Assembly: GCA_001774685.1 (NCBI GenBank)
Contig: MFAS01000001.1
Span: forward strand, 1,025,252 to 1,089,251
Direction of reading: 5' to 3'
Source of the DNA: Candidatus Collierbacteria bacterium RIFOXYD2_FULL_45_13
GTDB lineage: Bacteria; Patescibacteriota; Microgenomatia; UBA1400; MFAQ01
DNA: 64,000 nt
In this document: in pieces, positions 40,960 through 51,257 of the stretch
Layout: each line of letters opens with the position of its first letter
Position numbering within the stretch: the first letter of the stretch is position 1
Position numbers and translations under genes: made by a program
The notes under the pieces: generated by a model
Databases searched by the model: none
What the model was told of the DNA's origin: nothing
What the model saw: only the letters and a program-made list of their open reading frames with translations

Positions 40960-41323
40960 GGGTACCCAAAAGCCTTAATAACTCTTCTCGTTTCTCTTTT
41001 TGCAAACTTTCGACTGATTTGGCAAACGAAACTGTTGCTGACTCCCCGAACGAATCAAAAAAGTTATTAAGAAAAGATTTGGCAATTTTTTTACTATATT
41101 CTTCGCTGGTGGACTTTGGAGAGAACACAAAGGCCATACCTTCGTTTCTTTTATTAACCATACCTTTTTTGTAGAGTCGGTCTAGCAGTGTTGCCACTGT
41201 TGTATAAGCCATAGGTTTGGCTTTTCCAAATTTATTCACCACATCTCGCACATGACATTTTTTAAGATCCCAAACCACAACCATCACTTCTTGCTCCAAT
41301 GGACTTAACTTTGTTTGTATCAT
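40946..41323 (-). CDS. BlaI/MecI/CopY family repressor
   Basis: LSPLEQEVM.VVW...AYTTVATLLDRL..KG.V. Confidence 0.92.
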   Translation of the reverse strand: MIQTKLSPLEQEVMVVVWDLKKCHVRDVVNKFGKAKPMAYTTVATLLDRLYKKGMVNKRNEGMAFVFSPKSTSEEYSKKIAKSFLNNFFDSFGESATVSFAKSVESLQKEKREELLRLLGTHESK

Positions 41324-41328
41324 AAGAT

Positions 41329-41342
41329 ACTACTATTGTAGT
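41329..41342. promoter_or_regulatory. BlaI/CopY-type operator (N2), autoregulatory
   Basis: ACTACT-AT-TGTAGT 5 nt upstream of the repressor ATG. Confidence 0.7.
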
Positions 41343-41455
41343 ACAATTTTAAAAAGGGTAATTTTCTACAAATATTTGTTCGATGTATTACAATAATTTA
41401 TCACCCAAGTCATCCTCGCGAATGCGGGGATCCATAGAAATTATAAATAATAAGT

Positions 41456-42043
41456 ATGACCAAACAACCTTTTCTTTATCTCGTACTCGGTCTTCTTGCC
41501 GGCGCTCTCATCACTTCGGCATTCTTATCACCCAACAGATCAGAAACTTCGTCTGACTCCAATATCGACCGCCACTTTATCGAGCAAATGATTCCCCATC
41601 ACGAAGATGCTATCACCATGGCAAACTCCGCCCTAAAAAAATCCAAGAAATCGGAAATAAAAACTTTGGCTCAGAACATCTTAAAAAGCCAGGGTGATGA
41701 AATTGCTCAAATGACTCAGTGGTACGGCGAGTGGTTCGGAAAAGAAGTTCCCCGTGGTGCAACTCAGATGGGTACTCATGGCATGATGGGCTCTGGAAGC
41801 AGTATGCATATGGGTTTACTGGGAAACGAAACAGACATTCTTTCTCTTGACACTGCTGTAGATTTCGATAAAGAATTTATTAGACAAATGATCCCCCATC
41901 ACCAGATGGCCGTCATGATGGCAACGATGCTGGAAAACAGCACGGATAAGTCCGAAACGAAACAACTGGCCAAAAACATCATCATCGCCCAAAATAAAGA
42001 AATCACCGACATGCGATCCTGGTACTCCACTTGGTACAAATAA
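41456..42043 (+). CDS. DUF305 (CopM-like) metal-binding protein
   Basis: Two D..FI.QMIPHH..A..MA repeats. Confidence 0.9.
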   Translation: MTKQPFLYLVLGLLAGALITSAFLSPNRSETSSDSNIDRHFIEQMIPHHEDAITMANSALKKSKKSEIKTLAQNILKSQGDEIAQMTQWYGEWFGKEVPRGATQMGTHGMMGSGSSMHMGLLGNETDILSLDTAVDFDKEFIRQMIPHHQMAVMMATMLENSTDKSETKQLAKNIIIAQNKEITDMRSWYSTWYK

Positions 42044-42071
42044 TTACCTCTTATTATTAATAATAAATAAT

Positions 42072-42341
42072 ATGAAACACGATCCAATCGTCACTGGACA
42101 CGCCGCGGGAGCCACCACCGCTATTGTCTATACCGTCTGCCGTCTCTTGGTGGGATTATTTCCCGACTGGATGTATTCCATGGGCCAATCCTGGTTCCAC
42201 GGAATAGCTTTACAAAAACTAGAAAACACCAACCTGACACTGGGAAGCTTTTTCTCAGGTTTCATCTCTGTCACCATAAGCGCTTGGCTAGTCGGTTTCC
42301 TCTTCGCCAGCATGTACAACTCCTTCCTCACCAAGAAATAA
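42072..42341 (+). CDS. Small membrane protein (DUF5676-like)
   Basis: Y.VC...SWFHG...YN motif pattern; 2 TMs. Confidence 0.7.
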   Translation: MKHDPIVTGHAAGATTAIVYTVCRLLVGLFPDWMYSMGQSWFHGIALQKLENTNLTLGSFFSGFISVTISAWLVGFLFASMYNSFLTKK

Positions 42342-42357
42342 TCAATCCAATCACCCC

Positions 42358-43117
42358 CCTGCAGGGCCTGGCCCTGCAGGTAAAAAACTACTCATCTAAA
42401 TCAATCATCTCGTAATAAACTTTCTTAATATCTTCCATGTCTTGTGGATCTTCTACGAAGGATTGGTATGTATTCCTTCTATTTATTTTTGAAAAGTTTG
42501 AAAGTATCTCCTCAATCTTTACCCAATTTTGTTGAAACAATCCCAAGTAATTTCCATAACTAGAATATTTATACTCCACCAGACCTGCAGGGCCTGGCCC
42601 TGCAGGCAAAATGTCAATTGGATTCCGATGAATATATTTAGTTATATATACAAACTGATCTTCATTTTCAATCAAAACAGTCTTGTACCTGCTTTGAAAC
42701 AAACCACCTACTCGTTTGTATTTCTTATTAAAATACATCACGTACTTCAGCACTAAAGATTGCATGAATTCCGCGATACCACGATCGGTCGATTGTTTTA
42801 TCAAAAAATGGAAATGGTTGGGCATCAAGCAGTAGGCTAGCAAATCAATCTGATCATGGTAATTCTTAAGAACTTTCGATGGTGATACCTCCTGCAGGGC
42901 CTGGCCCTGCAGGATGGGCATCTCGAGATAAAATTTCATATATCCTAGGAAGACCTTGTAATCTTGCTCATCAAGAAAAATCGCCCGCTTCTCCACTCCT
43001 CGATTAAAGATATGGTAATACCCACCAGCCCCATATTCCTTTCGACTGTTTTTTTGTGGCATATACCACAATTATAAACACCAGTCACCTCCCCCCTGCA
43101 GGGCCTGGCCCTGCAGG
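42358..43117 (-). mobile_element. RAYT (TnpA-REP) locus flanked by and containing palindromic repeats
   Basis: CCTGCAGGGCCTGGCCCTGCAGG at 42358, 42584, 42891 and 43095. Confidence 0.85.
42388..43062 (-). CDS. REP-associated Y1 tyrosine transposase (RAYT)
   Basis: YYHIFNRG, AYCLMPNHFH (HUH), G.LFQ.RY, YIH.NP, YKYSSY. Confidence 0.92.
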   Translation of the reverse strand: MPQKNSRKEYGAGGYYHIFNRGVEKRAIFLDEQDYKVFLGYMKFYLEMPILQGQALQEVSPSKVLKNYHDQIDLLAYCLMPNHFHFLIKQSTDRGIAEFMQSLVLKYVMYFNKKYKRVGGLFQSRYKTVLIENEDQFVYITKYIHRNPIDILPAGPGPAGLVEYKYSSYGNYLGLFQQNWVKIEEILSNFSKINRRNTYQSFVEDPQDMEDIKKVYYEMIDLDE

Positions 43118-43125
43118 GTACCGGA

Positions 43126-46100
43126 TCATTTAGTTTGGTTTTGTACCAATTTAAAATAATTTTCCTTGAACTCTTTCGACACAAAGTGCATCTCATCCAG
43201 AACCGTAAAGTTCTTTTTGGCTACCCCGGCAACTAGCACATCACTGCCAAAGAGTCCGGTTATTCTATCTTGGTTGTTTGTAAACAGTTTCTCCTTCTTC
43301 ATCATGGCTGCTTCATTGTAACCAATATAAATCGGCAGGAATCTCTTACCTTCAATGTTGTAACTCAGCTTATACGGATCCACTATTCCCTTAAGCTGTT
43401 CAGGAGTATTCTTCCCGTCCAGAATGTAGAACAGTTTCAGCTCATCATAAGGAGTCTGGGCTACGACCAGGTCAGATCCGTCGACTTTAGCAAATGCCTC
43501 TTTACCCATCAAGTGATACTCGTCCAAAATTGTATTGGTAGGAGCTAGGATTCCCGCTATTCTTACCTTGGGCACTCCAAAGAAGTTATCGATAGTGTCA
43601 CCGACTTTTCCAAATAATTTTTCTTCTCTCATCATCTCGGCCTCCTTACTACCAATCACGATTCCCGGAACTTCACCCGACATATCCAAACCGCCCTCGG
43701 CTACTTTAATGTTTCCATTCACCGTACCGGCACTCAAGAACATCTTTGTCTGTCCTTCCTCAGTAATCAGCACCCTTGATTCTCCTGCAGTCAAAAGCTG
43801 AACTATCAAAGTATTTATTCCCGGCTGCGTCTGGGCATAAGTCTTCACCACACCCATATTTTCTTTTGTCGAGATCGTGGCAAACTGCCAGAAGATAAAC
43901 AGGAAGGCGGCGGTCATCACTACCGGAGCCAGTTTTGATAACAGGTTCCATCCCTTCGGATTAAATCTTTTTAACACTAGTGAGTTACTTACGACCGACA
44001 CGGACGACAGTGTCATGGCCAGTCCCGCCAGCTCCGGTTTGAGTATCAGACCAATTCCGGCAAAGATTCTGGCGGCCACCGGGATTCCCAGAACGTTGTA
44101 GAACAAAGCGAAGAACATGTTTTGTCTGATCTTATCGACAGTTTCTTCACTGAGTTTGATGGCTGTCAGGACTCCATTCAAATCATTGTTCATAATGATT
44201 ATTCCACCGGACTCCAGAGCAATGTCCGCGCCTGACGCCATGGCAATCCCCAGATCGGCCTGCACCAAAGCGGGTGAGTCATTGATTCCGTCCCCCACCA
44301 TCGCCACGGTTTTACCCAGCCCTTGAAGTTTTTTAACTTCCTCGGCCTTATTCTGTGGCAACACTTCTGCGAGCACGTTGGTAATACCTATCTGCTTGGC
44401 AATCGCATTCGCTGTCCTTCGGTTATCCCCCGTGATCATGTAAACTTCAATCCCTTTGTCTTGTAGTTTTTTGACTACTTCGGCAGTGGATTCTTTTACC
44501 TGATCTGCGACCGCGATAATTCCTAAGATCTGTTCTTTGTTGGCAATCAGCATGGCTGTCTTACCATCTTCTTCCAGTCTTTCCAGATCCATAAAGGAGA
44601 AGGCTTGGACTTTCTTCGACTCCATCAGTCTTCTGTTGCCGATATAGTAAGTCTGTCCGGCAATGACGGCTTCTACTCCGTGTCCCGGAATTGCTTGGAA
44701 GGATTCCACGGGAGTTTGCAAATCCACTGAAGAGATTCTTGTCTTGCAGTAATCCACAATGGCAGCTGCCAGTGGATGTTCCGACTTGGCTTCGACAGCA
44801 TTCAGCACCGTCAAGATTTCCTGTTCGGCTTTATTGGAATAATTAATAAAGTTAGTCACTTCCGGTTTCCCTTTTGTCAGAGTTCCCGTTTTATCAAACA
44901 CAATCGCGTCAATCTTGCAGGCCGTCTCCAGAGGCTCTCCGCCTTTGATTAATATTCCCAGCTCCGCACCCTTACCTGTCGCCACCATAATGGCTGTTGG
45001 TGTCGCAAGACCCAAAGCGCATGGGCAAGCGATCACAATCACCGACACAAAGGCCAGCAGGGCAAAGGTTAGTGGCATGCCGAGAAGAAAGTACCACACC
45101 GCAAAAGTCAGCAGAGCGATACCAATCACGACCGGGACAAAGATAGCTGAGATTTTGTCGGCAAATCCTTGTATCGGAGCTTTTGATCCCTGCGCATCTT
45201 CAATCAGTCTCACAATCTGAGAAAGAACCGTATCGGCACCGACTTTACTTACCTGGAACTCAAAACTACCTGTTTTATTAATTGTGGCGGTATACACTTT
45301 ACTTCCCATCTGTTTCTCCACCGGAATACTTTCCCCTGTTAGAGCCGACTCATCTACCGCACTATTGCCGGTCACAATCACGCCATCGACCGGTACTCTT
45401 TCGCCGGGCCGGACCAGAACAATATCACCCACTACTACCTTTTCTATCGGCAGATCCTCAGGCATTCCATTACGCATGACTCTCGCGGTTTTAGGAGCCA
45501 GCCCCATCAATTTCTCGATCGCCTGTGAGGTTCGCCCTTTAGCCTTGGCCTCTAGCCACTTTCCAAGTGCCACAAAGGTAATTAGTAATGCCGCTACTTC
45601 GAAGTACAAATTCCCGATCTTCATTCCGTTTAGTCCATAAATCGATCCGGTTTCCACTGTAAACTTCAAAAACTCAAGCAGACTATATACATAGGCTGTC
45701 AGTGTTCCGATAGCGATCAAACTATCCATGCTAAAGGTTTTCATTTTTAAAGCCGAAATTGCCCCACGAATAAAGTTATTACCTACCCAAAACTGAACGG
45801 GGGTCGCAAGCACCAAAGAGATAATTCCACTGATTGGCATAATTACTTTGGCAAAGGGAAGTCCTGCCACAAAGTCATAGATCATAAAACCCACCATCGG
45901 TAAACTTAAAATTAATCCGGTGAGAAACTTCCTTCCCCAATACCTAATCTCCAAAGATCTTTTTTCGTTTTCACTTACTCCGGCACTCTCTTCGGGCAGT
46001 GTTGCGGTATAGCCGGTTCTTTTTACCGCTTCTTTAAGCTCACTTGGACTAACCGCCAGAGATTGATATTTTATTCTGGCTTTACTGGTCGCAAAGTTAA

Positions 46101-46533
46101 CATTCGCTTCGGTAACTCCTTTAGTTTTCACTAGTGATCTTTCAATCAGTCCGGCGCAACTGGAACAATGCATCCCTGAGATATTTAGGTAAGCAATCTG
46201 ACTATCCGACTTTTCCTCTATCATTGTCTCGCGACTTGGCTGGACCATATCAACGATTTCACTATCTAGAGTTTTTGAGTTTTTGAGTTCTTGAGTTTTC
46301 TGTATTCCGTTCCCCGTGATCGACGTCGCCGTATACCCTGCTTCCTTAATGTTTTCAATCAGTTTATCTTCCGTAATTGCCTTCGGATTGTATTCCACGT
46401 CCACCTGTTTTGTCGCTAGTAATGCGTTAACAGACTTCACTCCTTTTAGTCCTTTAAGATTCAAAGAAATGAGTTTTGGGCAGGACTCGCAGTGCATGTC
46501 GGCAACTGCAAATGAAGTTTGTTTATAGTTCAT
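43126..46533 (-). CDS. copA: Cu+-translocating P1B ATPase with two HMA domains and a ~270-aa C-terminal extension
   Basis: MHCESC, MHCSSC, TGES, CPC, DKTGT, SEHP, GDGIND, YN, MTLSS. Confidence 0.95.
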   Translation of the reverse strand: MNYKQTSFAVADMHCESCPKLISLNLKGLKGVKSVNALLATKQVDVEYNPKAITEDKLIENIKEAGYTATSITGNGIQKTQELKNSKTLDSEIVDMVQPSRETMIEEKSDSQIAYLNISGMHCSSCAGLIERSLVKTKGVTEANVNFATSKARIKYQSLAVSPSELKEAVKRTGYTATLPEESAGVSENEKRSLEIRYWGRKFLTGLILSLPMVGFMIYDFVAGLPFAKVIMPISGIISLVLATPVQFWVGNNFIRGAISALKMKTFSMDSLIAIGTLTAYVYSLLEFLKFTVETGSIYGLNGMKIGNLYFEVAALLITFVALGKWLEAKAKGRTSQAIEKLMGLAPKTARVMRNGMPEDLPIEKVVVGDIVLVRPGERVPVDGVIVTGNSAVDESALTGESIPVEKQMGSKVYTATINKTGSFEFQVSKVGADTVLSQIVRLIEDAQGSKAPIQGFADKISAIFVPVVIGIALLTFAVWYFLLGMPLTFALLAFVSVIVIACPCALGLATPTAIMVATGKGAELGILIKGGEPLETACKIDAIVFDKTGTLTKGKPEVTNFINYSNKAEQEILTVLNAVEAKSEHPLAAAIVDYCKTRISSVDLQTPVESFQAIPGHGVEAVIAGQTYYIGNRRLMESKKVQAFSFMDLERLEEDGKTAMLIANKEQILGIIAVADQVKESTAEVVKKLQDKGIEVYMITGDNRRTANAIAKQIGITNVLAEVLPQNKAEEVKKLQGLGKTVAMVGDGINDSPALVQADLGIAMASGADIALESGGIIIMNNDLNGVLTAIKLSEETVDKIRQNMFFALFYNVLGIPVAARIFAGIGLILKPELAGLAMTLSSVSVVSNSLVLKRFNPKGWNLLSKLAPVVMTAAFLFIFWQFATISTKENMGVVKTYAQTQPGINTLIVQLLTAGESRVLITEEGQTKMFLSAGTVNGNIKVAEGGLDMSGEVPGIVIGSKEAEMMREEKLFGKVGDTIDNFFGVPKVRIAGILAPTNTILDEYHLMGKEAFAKVDGSDLVVAQTPYDELKLFYILDGKNTPEQLKGIVDPYKLSYNIEGKRFLPIYIGYNEAAMMKKEKLFTNNQDRITGLFGSDVLVAGVAKKNFTVLDEMHFVSKEFKENYFKLVQNQTK

Positions 46534-46538
46534 ATTTT

Positions 46539-46757
46539 TTATTTTGTAACACTGGCTGCGTAACCGGTTTCCTCAATTGCGCTAATTATTAACTCAGGAG
46601 ACACTTTTTCGGTATGGCTGACAATAACCGTTTTGTCCTTCAAGGAAGCGTTAGAACTTACCACACCCGGTATCTCTTCCAAGGTAATATTGATTAATTT
46701 TGGACACGACTCGCAGTGCATGTCCGGAACCGAGAACTTGATTGTTTTTGTACTCAT
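46539..46757 (-). CDS. copZ: Copper chaperone (HMA)
   Basis: 72 aa, DMHCESC...GY. Confidence 0.88.
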   Translation of the reverse strand: MSTKTIKFSVPDMHCESCPKLINITLEEIPGVVSSNASLKDKTVIVSHTEKVSPELIISAIEETGYAASVTK

Positions 46758-46770
46758 ATTTTTTATTCAT

Positions 46771-46804
46771 CGTCATTGCGAGGAACGCAGTGACGTGGCA
46801 ATCT
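46771..46804. repeat. REP/RPE-like element
   Basis: CGTCATTGCGAGGAACGCAGTGACGTGGCAATCT. Confidence 0.75.
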
Positions 46805-46826
46805 ATATTGATAATTAATTGATAAT

Positions 46827-48362
46827 TTATTTATTTCCTCCACAAGATCCCGTACCACTACCTCCACAACCACACCCTTTCGCTCCGGAACCGACGGGCT
46901 CTGTGACTGTCCCCACCGAACCCTGACTATCCACTACCTCGATCGTCCCCGAAACCATACCCATCCAGCAGGTAAACTTGTAGACACCAACTTTTGCTGG
47001 TGTAAACTCTCTTGTTGAGACCTGTCCTGGAATCAAATCAATCTGTCCTTCAAACAGCTTAGAAATAATGGCATTGGTACATCCGCTGGTGCCGGTATCG
47101 GTAACTTCCATAATGGTTGGAACTCCAACTCTAATCTGAAAGCGGTTAGGTGAGTATCCTCTTGCCGATGCTTCCATTTTGATAACTTGCTTTCCCCCCA
47201 CCATCGGCACCAGATTTATTACTCCTGCTGTTGTGGTCCTTCCCAAGATTTGTCTTGTTCCAATTCCGGCAATCACATCTCCGACATTGGTAAGTCCAAG
47301 CACCGAGAGCTGGCTGTTAACATTAAAAAGTGAGAAAGCAAGCACCAAAATCCCCGCCAGAGTCGAAAAGTTCTTCGAAGAGTTTTTATCAGCCAACATC
47401 TTGGTACTCCCTAGTCCAATGGCCAAAAGACCAGGAACTGTCCCAAGTGCAAAGAGACCCATTATCAGAGCTCCTTGCACCGGTGATCCCGAGGCTAAGG
47501 CCAACGCCTGGGCCGTTACCGTAAATCCACAAGGTAAGAAGAATGTTAAAGCACCCATAAATAAAGGTGACAGTTTTCCTTGAAAATTATTTTCATCCGA
47601 GACACTTCTAGTAATTGATTTTGGTAATCTAAACTGGAACTTTTGCACTGCTTTTACCCCAAGCATCTGCAAACCAAGAACAATCATCACCACAGAAACC
47701 GCTATTACGAGCATCGCAGAAAAAGACGGAGACAAGCGGAAGAAGTTACCCACAAAACCAAGAATCGCTCCAAAGAAACCATATCCGGCCACACGCCCAA
47801 TGTTAAACAATATATGCGGTTCTGACTTTGTCGCTAGGGAATCGTTCTCACTATATTTAGACATCCACTGCTTAGACATCGATAACACCAAACTGCCTAC
47901 CAAAGCCGCACAGCTGGAAACCCCAGCTAGCAACCCAAAAAGGAAAAAGACCGGCAAAGCCGATTGAGAGTTTACGGAAACTAGTGAGGCAAACCCAGTC
48001 TTTTGGAGTATGTAGAATCCCATCAGAAATAAAGCCGCCACCATAAAAGGCACAAACCTATCATTAGGATTACCTTCATCTCTCACCTCACAAGAGATAT
48101 TTTTAGTTTTACTTTGTTTTTGAAAAGGCTCGGTTGAGAAGGCATAGCCATCCCCAGCGAAAAATCCATTCAAGAAATCAACCGATATTAGGTGATCTTT
48201 TTCCGTCTCAATACTCAGTGTTTCTTTATCCAAAGAAACATCAGCCATGATAACCCCCTCAGTTTTCTTTAGTCTCTTTTCTATGATCAGTTCACAAGAG
48301 GCACAGTGCAGACCTCTGATGTAGAAAGTAGAGACTGTCCGGTCTTCTTTGTTGCTTAACAT
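46827..48362 (-). CDS. HMA + DsbD_2/TauE-like membrane domain + cupredoxin protein
   Basis: GLHCASC; SSCAALVG; FNIGR; FFLPCGF; FTCWMGM; Cys/Gly tail. Confidence 0.88.
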   Translation of the reverse strand: MLSNKEDRTVSTFYIRGLHCASCELIIEKRLKKTEGVIMADVSLDKETLSIETEKDHLISVDFLNGFFAGDGYAFSTEPFQKQSKTKNISCEVRDEGNPNDRFVPFMVAALFLMGFYILQKTGFASLVSVNSQSALPVFFLFGLLAGVSSCAALVGSLVLSMSKQWMSKYSENDSLATKSEPHILFNIGRVAGYGFFGAILGFVGNFFRLSPSFSAMLVIAVSVVMIVLGLQMLGVKAVQKFQFRLPKSITRSVSDENNFQGKLSPLFMGALTFFLPCGFTVTAQALALASGSPVQGALIMGLFALGTVPGLLAIGLGSTKMLADKNSSKNFSTLAGILVLAFSLFNVNSQLSVLGLTNVGDVIAGIGTRQILGRTTTAGVINLVPMVGGKQVIKMEASARGYSPNRFQIRVGVPTIMEVTDTGTSGCTNAIISKLFEGQIDLIPGQVSTREFTPAKVGVYKFTCWMGMVSGTIEVVDSQGSVGTVTEPVGSGAKGCGCGGSGTGSCGGNK

Positions 48363-48377
48363 ACTACATAGTGTAGT
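48363..48377. promoter_or_regulatory. BlaI/CopY-type operator (N3) on a leaderless promoter
   Basis: ACTACA-TAG-TGTAGT abutting the ATG; TTGACA-N17-TACACT on the minus strand. Confidence 0.75.
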
Positions 48378-48406
48378 TGGTTAAACATTCTCTGTCAAGA
48401 GGGTAT

Positions 48407-49300
48407 TCAGTGGAGCTCCAGCACCGAGGAAATAGCGGACAAACACAAGGTCAAATGAGGGCAACTGTAGAAGTTTACCTTAGTCACGAGGTAAGCAAAA
48501 ACCAACGCTCCTACCCCAGTCGAACAGGCCACGCCAAGCACCATCTTTTTATTGAGCCTCTTCCTTCCAACTAGCAGACCAATTCTCTCGCTCTGGCTAC
48601 TAAAGAAATTAATCCCGGCTAACATGGCAGTGTCTCCCCAGTTCAATCGTTTGTACAGAGCCGTAATCAGGGGCAGTCCTGTTCCCAGTCTTTCTTCGGC
48701 CTTTTTGTCGGCACACACTTCGACCAAGGTATAAAAGTAGCCAGCCAGCTTTGTCTTCCCCGGGAAACTGGGCAAAATCTTCTCAACCATTCCTACCACA
48801 GTAGTTCGCAACGGGTCTCTCGACTGGGCATGATTGAGTTCATGCAACACCATCGCTTTGAGTTCCTTAGAACCATGCATTTTGTGAAGGCTCTTAGATA
48901 TGTATATTTTTGGAGACCACAAGCCGGCCGTAAAGATCTCCCCACCAGCTGAATCGAAGAGAACTTTCTTCCCGGTTTGCGAACAGATCTTGAGTCCACC
49001 CACAAACATTCTTGTTTTTCTTACCATCTGCACCGTTTTTAAGGCAACATTCAAAGCTCGCCATATTAAAGCCAAGCTTAGTAGCCACAACCCGAGAGAT
49101 ATCCAGAGCTGAGATAAATTACCATAACTTTCGAGACTGTACCCATACTTTCTGGCGTCGAACAAATAAACTATCAACATCAGTGTCCCAGGTGAACTCT
49201 GAAAAAACACCCACAGTATCGAGGCCAAATAGATAATACCCAGAGCCAATATGGCCCAAAAGTACAGGTCCGATAATTTACTTAGTTTTCGATGATTCAT
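48407..49300 (-). CDS. M56 (BlaR1-like) membrane zinc peptidase
   Basis: FTAGLWSPKIYIS...HELNH...E.CAD; C-terminal SCPHLTLC. Confidence 0.85.
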   Translation of the reverse strand: MNHRKLSKLSDLYFWAILALGIIYLASILWVFFQSSPGTLMLIVYLFDARKYGYSLESYGNLSQLWISLGLWLLSLALIWRALNVALKTVQMVRKTRMFVGGLKICSQTGKKVLFDSAGGEIFTAGLWSPKIYISKSLHKMHGSKELKAMVLHELNHAQSRDPLRTTVVGMVEKILPSFPGKTKLAGYFYTLVEVCADKKAEERLGTGLPLITALYKRLNWGDTAMLAGINFFSSQSERIGLLVGRKRLNKKMVLGVACSTGVGALVFAYLVTKVNFYSCPHLTLCLSAISSVLELH

Positions 49301-49670
49301 TCGATTTAGTACTATCCTCAACATACTGCTTGAGTAGCTCCAGATCTCCTTTATTATTTTTCAACTCGTCTACAAACTGAGAGATCGCTAATCCCCCAAA
49401 ATCATTTACGAGGTTGCCATAGATCGCCGACAAGTTTTTCTTCACAAAAACCTCTTTTTCCAAACAAGGACAATACTCAAAGGCTTTTCCGCACATTTCC
49501 CTCTTTAGGATCTTCTTGTCAGCCATTCTTTTGAGCACCGTCATAATCGTAGTGTAGGCATGATCGCCTCCCAGCTTTCCCAAGACTTCCTGTGGTTTGA
49601 GTGGCTTTTCAGCCTCCCAGAGAATGTTCATCACCTGCTCCTCAAGCGGTCCAAATAATTTGCTTTTCAT
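49278..49670 (-). CDS. BlaI/MecI/CopY family repressor
   Basis: GPLEEQVMNILW...AYTTIMTVL.RM..K.IL.R. Confidence 0.92.
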   Translation of the reverse strand: MKSKLFGPLEEQVMNILWEAEKPLKPQEVLGKLGGDHAYTTIMTVLKRMADKKILKREMCGKAFEYCPCLEKEVFVKKNLSAIYGNLVNDFGGLAISQFVDELKNNKGDLELLKQYVEDSTKSNESSKTK

Positions 49671-49672
49671 AT

Positions 49673-49687
49673 ACTACGTATTGTAGC
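49673..49687. promoter_or_regulatory. BlaI/CopY-type operator (N3), autoregulatory
   Basis: ACTACG-TAT-TGTAGC 2 nt upstream of the repressor ATG. Confidence 0.65.
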
Positions 49688-49723
49688 ATAGACTATTATA
49701 TCGTCGCCTCGAATCTACAATCT

Positions 49724-49777
49724 CCTGTAGGGCCAGGCCTTGAAGGATGAGTTTCCTATAAGGCCTGGCCCTAACGG
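49724..49777. repeat. Inverted pair of degenerate RAYT palindromes
   Basis: CCTGTAGGGCCAGGCCTTGAAGG and CCTATAAGGCCTGGCCCTAACGG. Confidence 0.65.
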
Positions 49778-49807
49778 AAGCAATCAAATAAAATATAATT
49801 TAACCAA

Positions 49808-50863
49808 ATGCAAAACACCAACTTACTCATCATCTTCCTCACCGGTCTCACCACTGGCGGTCTCACCTGCCTAGCCCTCCAAGGCGGACTACTGACCTCG
49901 GTTATGGCCAAAAGAGAGGAAGAGTTCCTCAACACTTCTTCCAAAAAAACCCTGCGAGAATCTTCCTCAAAGATAAACTCCGGTAACTTGGTACCGGTTA
50001 TCTCTTTTCTCTCCGGCAAACTTTTCATTCACACCCTCCTGGGAGCTCTACTTGGCTTGCTCGGCTCGGCTATCACCCTTTCTCCGATCACTCGCGGTTG
50101 GCTCGAAGTTTTTATCGGTATTTACCTTTTTGGTATTGCCGGTAATCTACTGCACCTACACCCTCTGTTCCGTTATTTTGTCATCACGCCTCCCAAGTTT
50201 CTGGCCAAACTAGCCAAAAACGAATCAAAAAGTAATTCCGTCTTTGCCCCTGCCCTTCTCGGTCTCATGACGGTTTTCCTCCCTTGTGCCACCACTCAGG
50301 CTATGGAAGTAATCGCCATCGGCACCGGAAATCCTCTTTATGGCGCCGCCATCATGTTTGCTTTTGTCCTCGGTACCTCTCCCACTTTCCTCATTTTTGG
50401 CTTCCTTCTCAATCAAGGCTCCACTTGGTTAAAAAAATATTTCCCTACTGTCGCGGCTACCGCTATGTTTGGCATGTCTATTTACAGTATCAACGCCGGC
50501 ATTGGTCTCATGGGCTCCGTCTATACCATTCAAAACTTTATCTCAGCGGCCAAGTCCGAACCGGTTCTGGCCAGCAACTCCGTTCTGGGCGACAAGGTCC
50601 AGACTACTACCATCACAGTAGCCAATTCCGGTTACACCCCCAGACAAATCACCCTCAAAAAAGGGGTTCTGACAAAACTAAAATTAATCACGAATAATGT
50701 CCAGTCGTGTTCACGCTCCTTTACCATTCCCAGTCTTAACATTCAAAAGCTGTTGCCCGTGACTGGTGAAACCACCATCGAATTCACCCCCAAAACCACT
50801 GGCCCTCTCGCCTTCTCCTGCTCCATGGGCATGTACACCGGCCGTTTCAATATTATTAATTAA
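49808..50863 (+). CDS. DsbD_2/TauE-like membrane protein with a C-terminal cupredoxin domain
   Basis: GGLTCLALQGG, FLPCATTQ, FSCSMGMY. Confidence 0.88.
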   Translation: MQNTNLLIIFLTGLTTGGLTCLALQGGLLTSVMAKREEEFLNTSSKKTLRESSSKINSGNLVPVISFLSGKLFIHTLLGALLGLLGSAITLSPITRGWLEVFIGIYLFGIAGNLLHLHPLFRYFVITPPKFLAKLAKNESKSNSVFAPALLGLMTVFLPCATTQAMEVIAIGTGNPLYGAAIMFAFVLGTSPTFLIFGFLLNQGSTWLKKYFPTVAATAMFGMSIYSINAGIGLMGSVYTIQNFISAAKSEPVLASNSVLGDKVQTTTITVANSGYTPRQITLKKGVLTKLKLITNNVQSCSRSFTIPSLNIQKLLPVTGETTIEFTPKTTGPLAFSCSMGMYTGRFNIIN

Positions 50864-50997
50864 ATTTTTATTGAATATATTGTGCAGAGGCGCCAGCAAA
50901 AAGCCGCACGGAGCGGATCCGCACTCGTACTCGAGGGACGGAGGTCGAGTACAGCTTTTTGCGCGGCTCGAACAATCAAAATAAAAATTTAAATCAA

Positions 50998-51246
50998 ATG
51001 TTTAACTTTTTCAAACCAAAAACCATCAGCATCACCCCCAACACCGAGTCAATTACTTTACAGCTTTCCGGCCTCCACTGTTCCTCTTGTGCCGTGAACA
51101 TCGATCTGGCTCTCGAAGACCTCCCTGGCGTGATAGCCAAAACCAACTACGCCAAGTCCGAAACCAAGATAACCTTCGACCCCTCCCAAACCTCTCTCGA
51201 TGCTATCCACTTCACCATCCGCGACCTCGGGTACAACATCATATAG
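50998..51246 (+). CDS. HMA domain metal chaperone
   Basis: GLHCSSC...LGY. Confidence 0.85.
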   Translation: MFNFFKPKTISITPNTESITLQLSGLHCSSCAVNIDLALEDLPGVIAKTNYAKSETKITFDPSQTSLDAIHFTIRDLGYNII

Positions 51247-51257
51247 GAGCCCGGTTT

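Noticed and set aside
42358-43117. CRISPR array from repeated 23-mers
   Set aside because: Spacing is irregular (200-300 bp), copies lie inside a CDS, and there are no cas genes.
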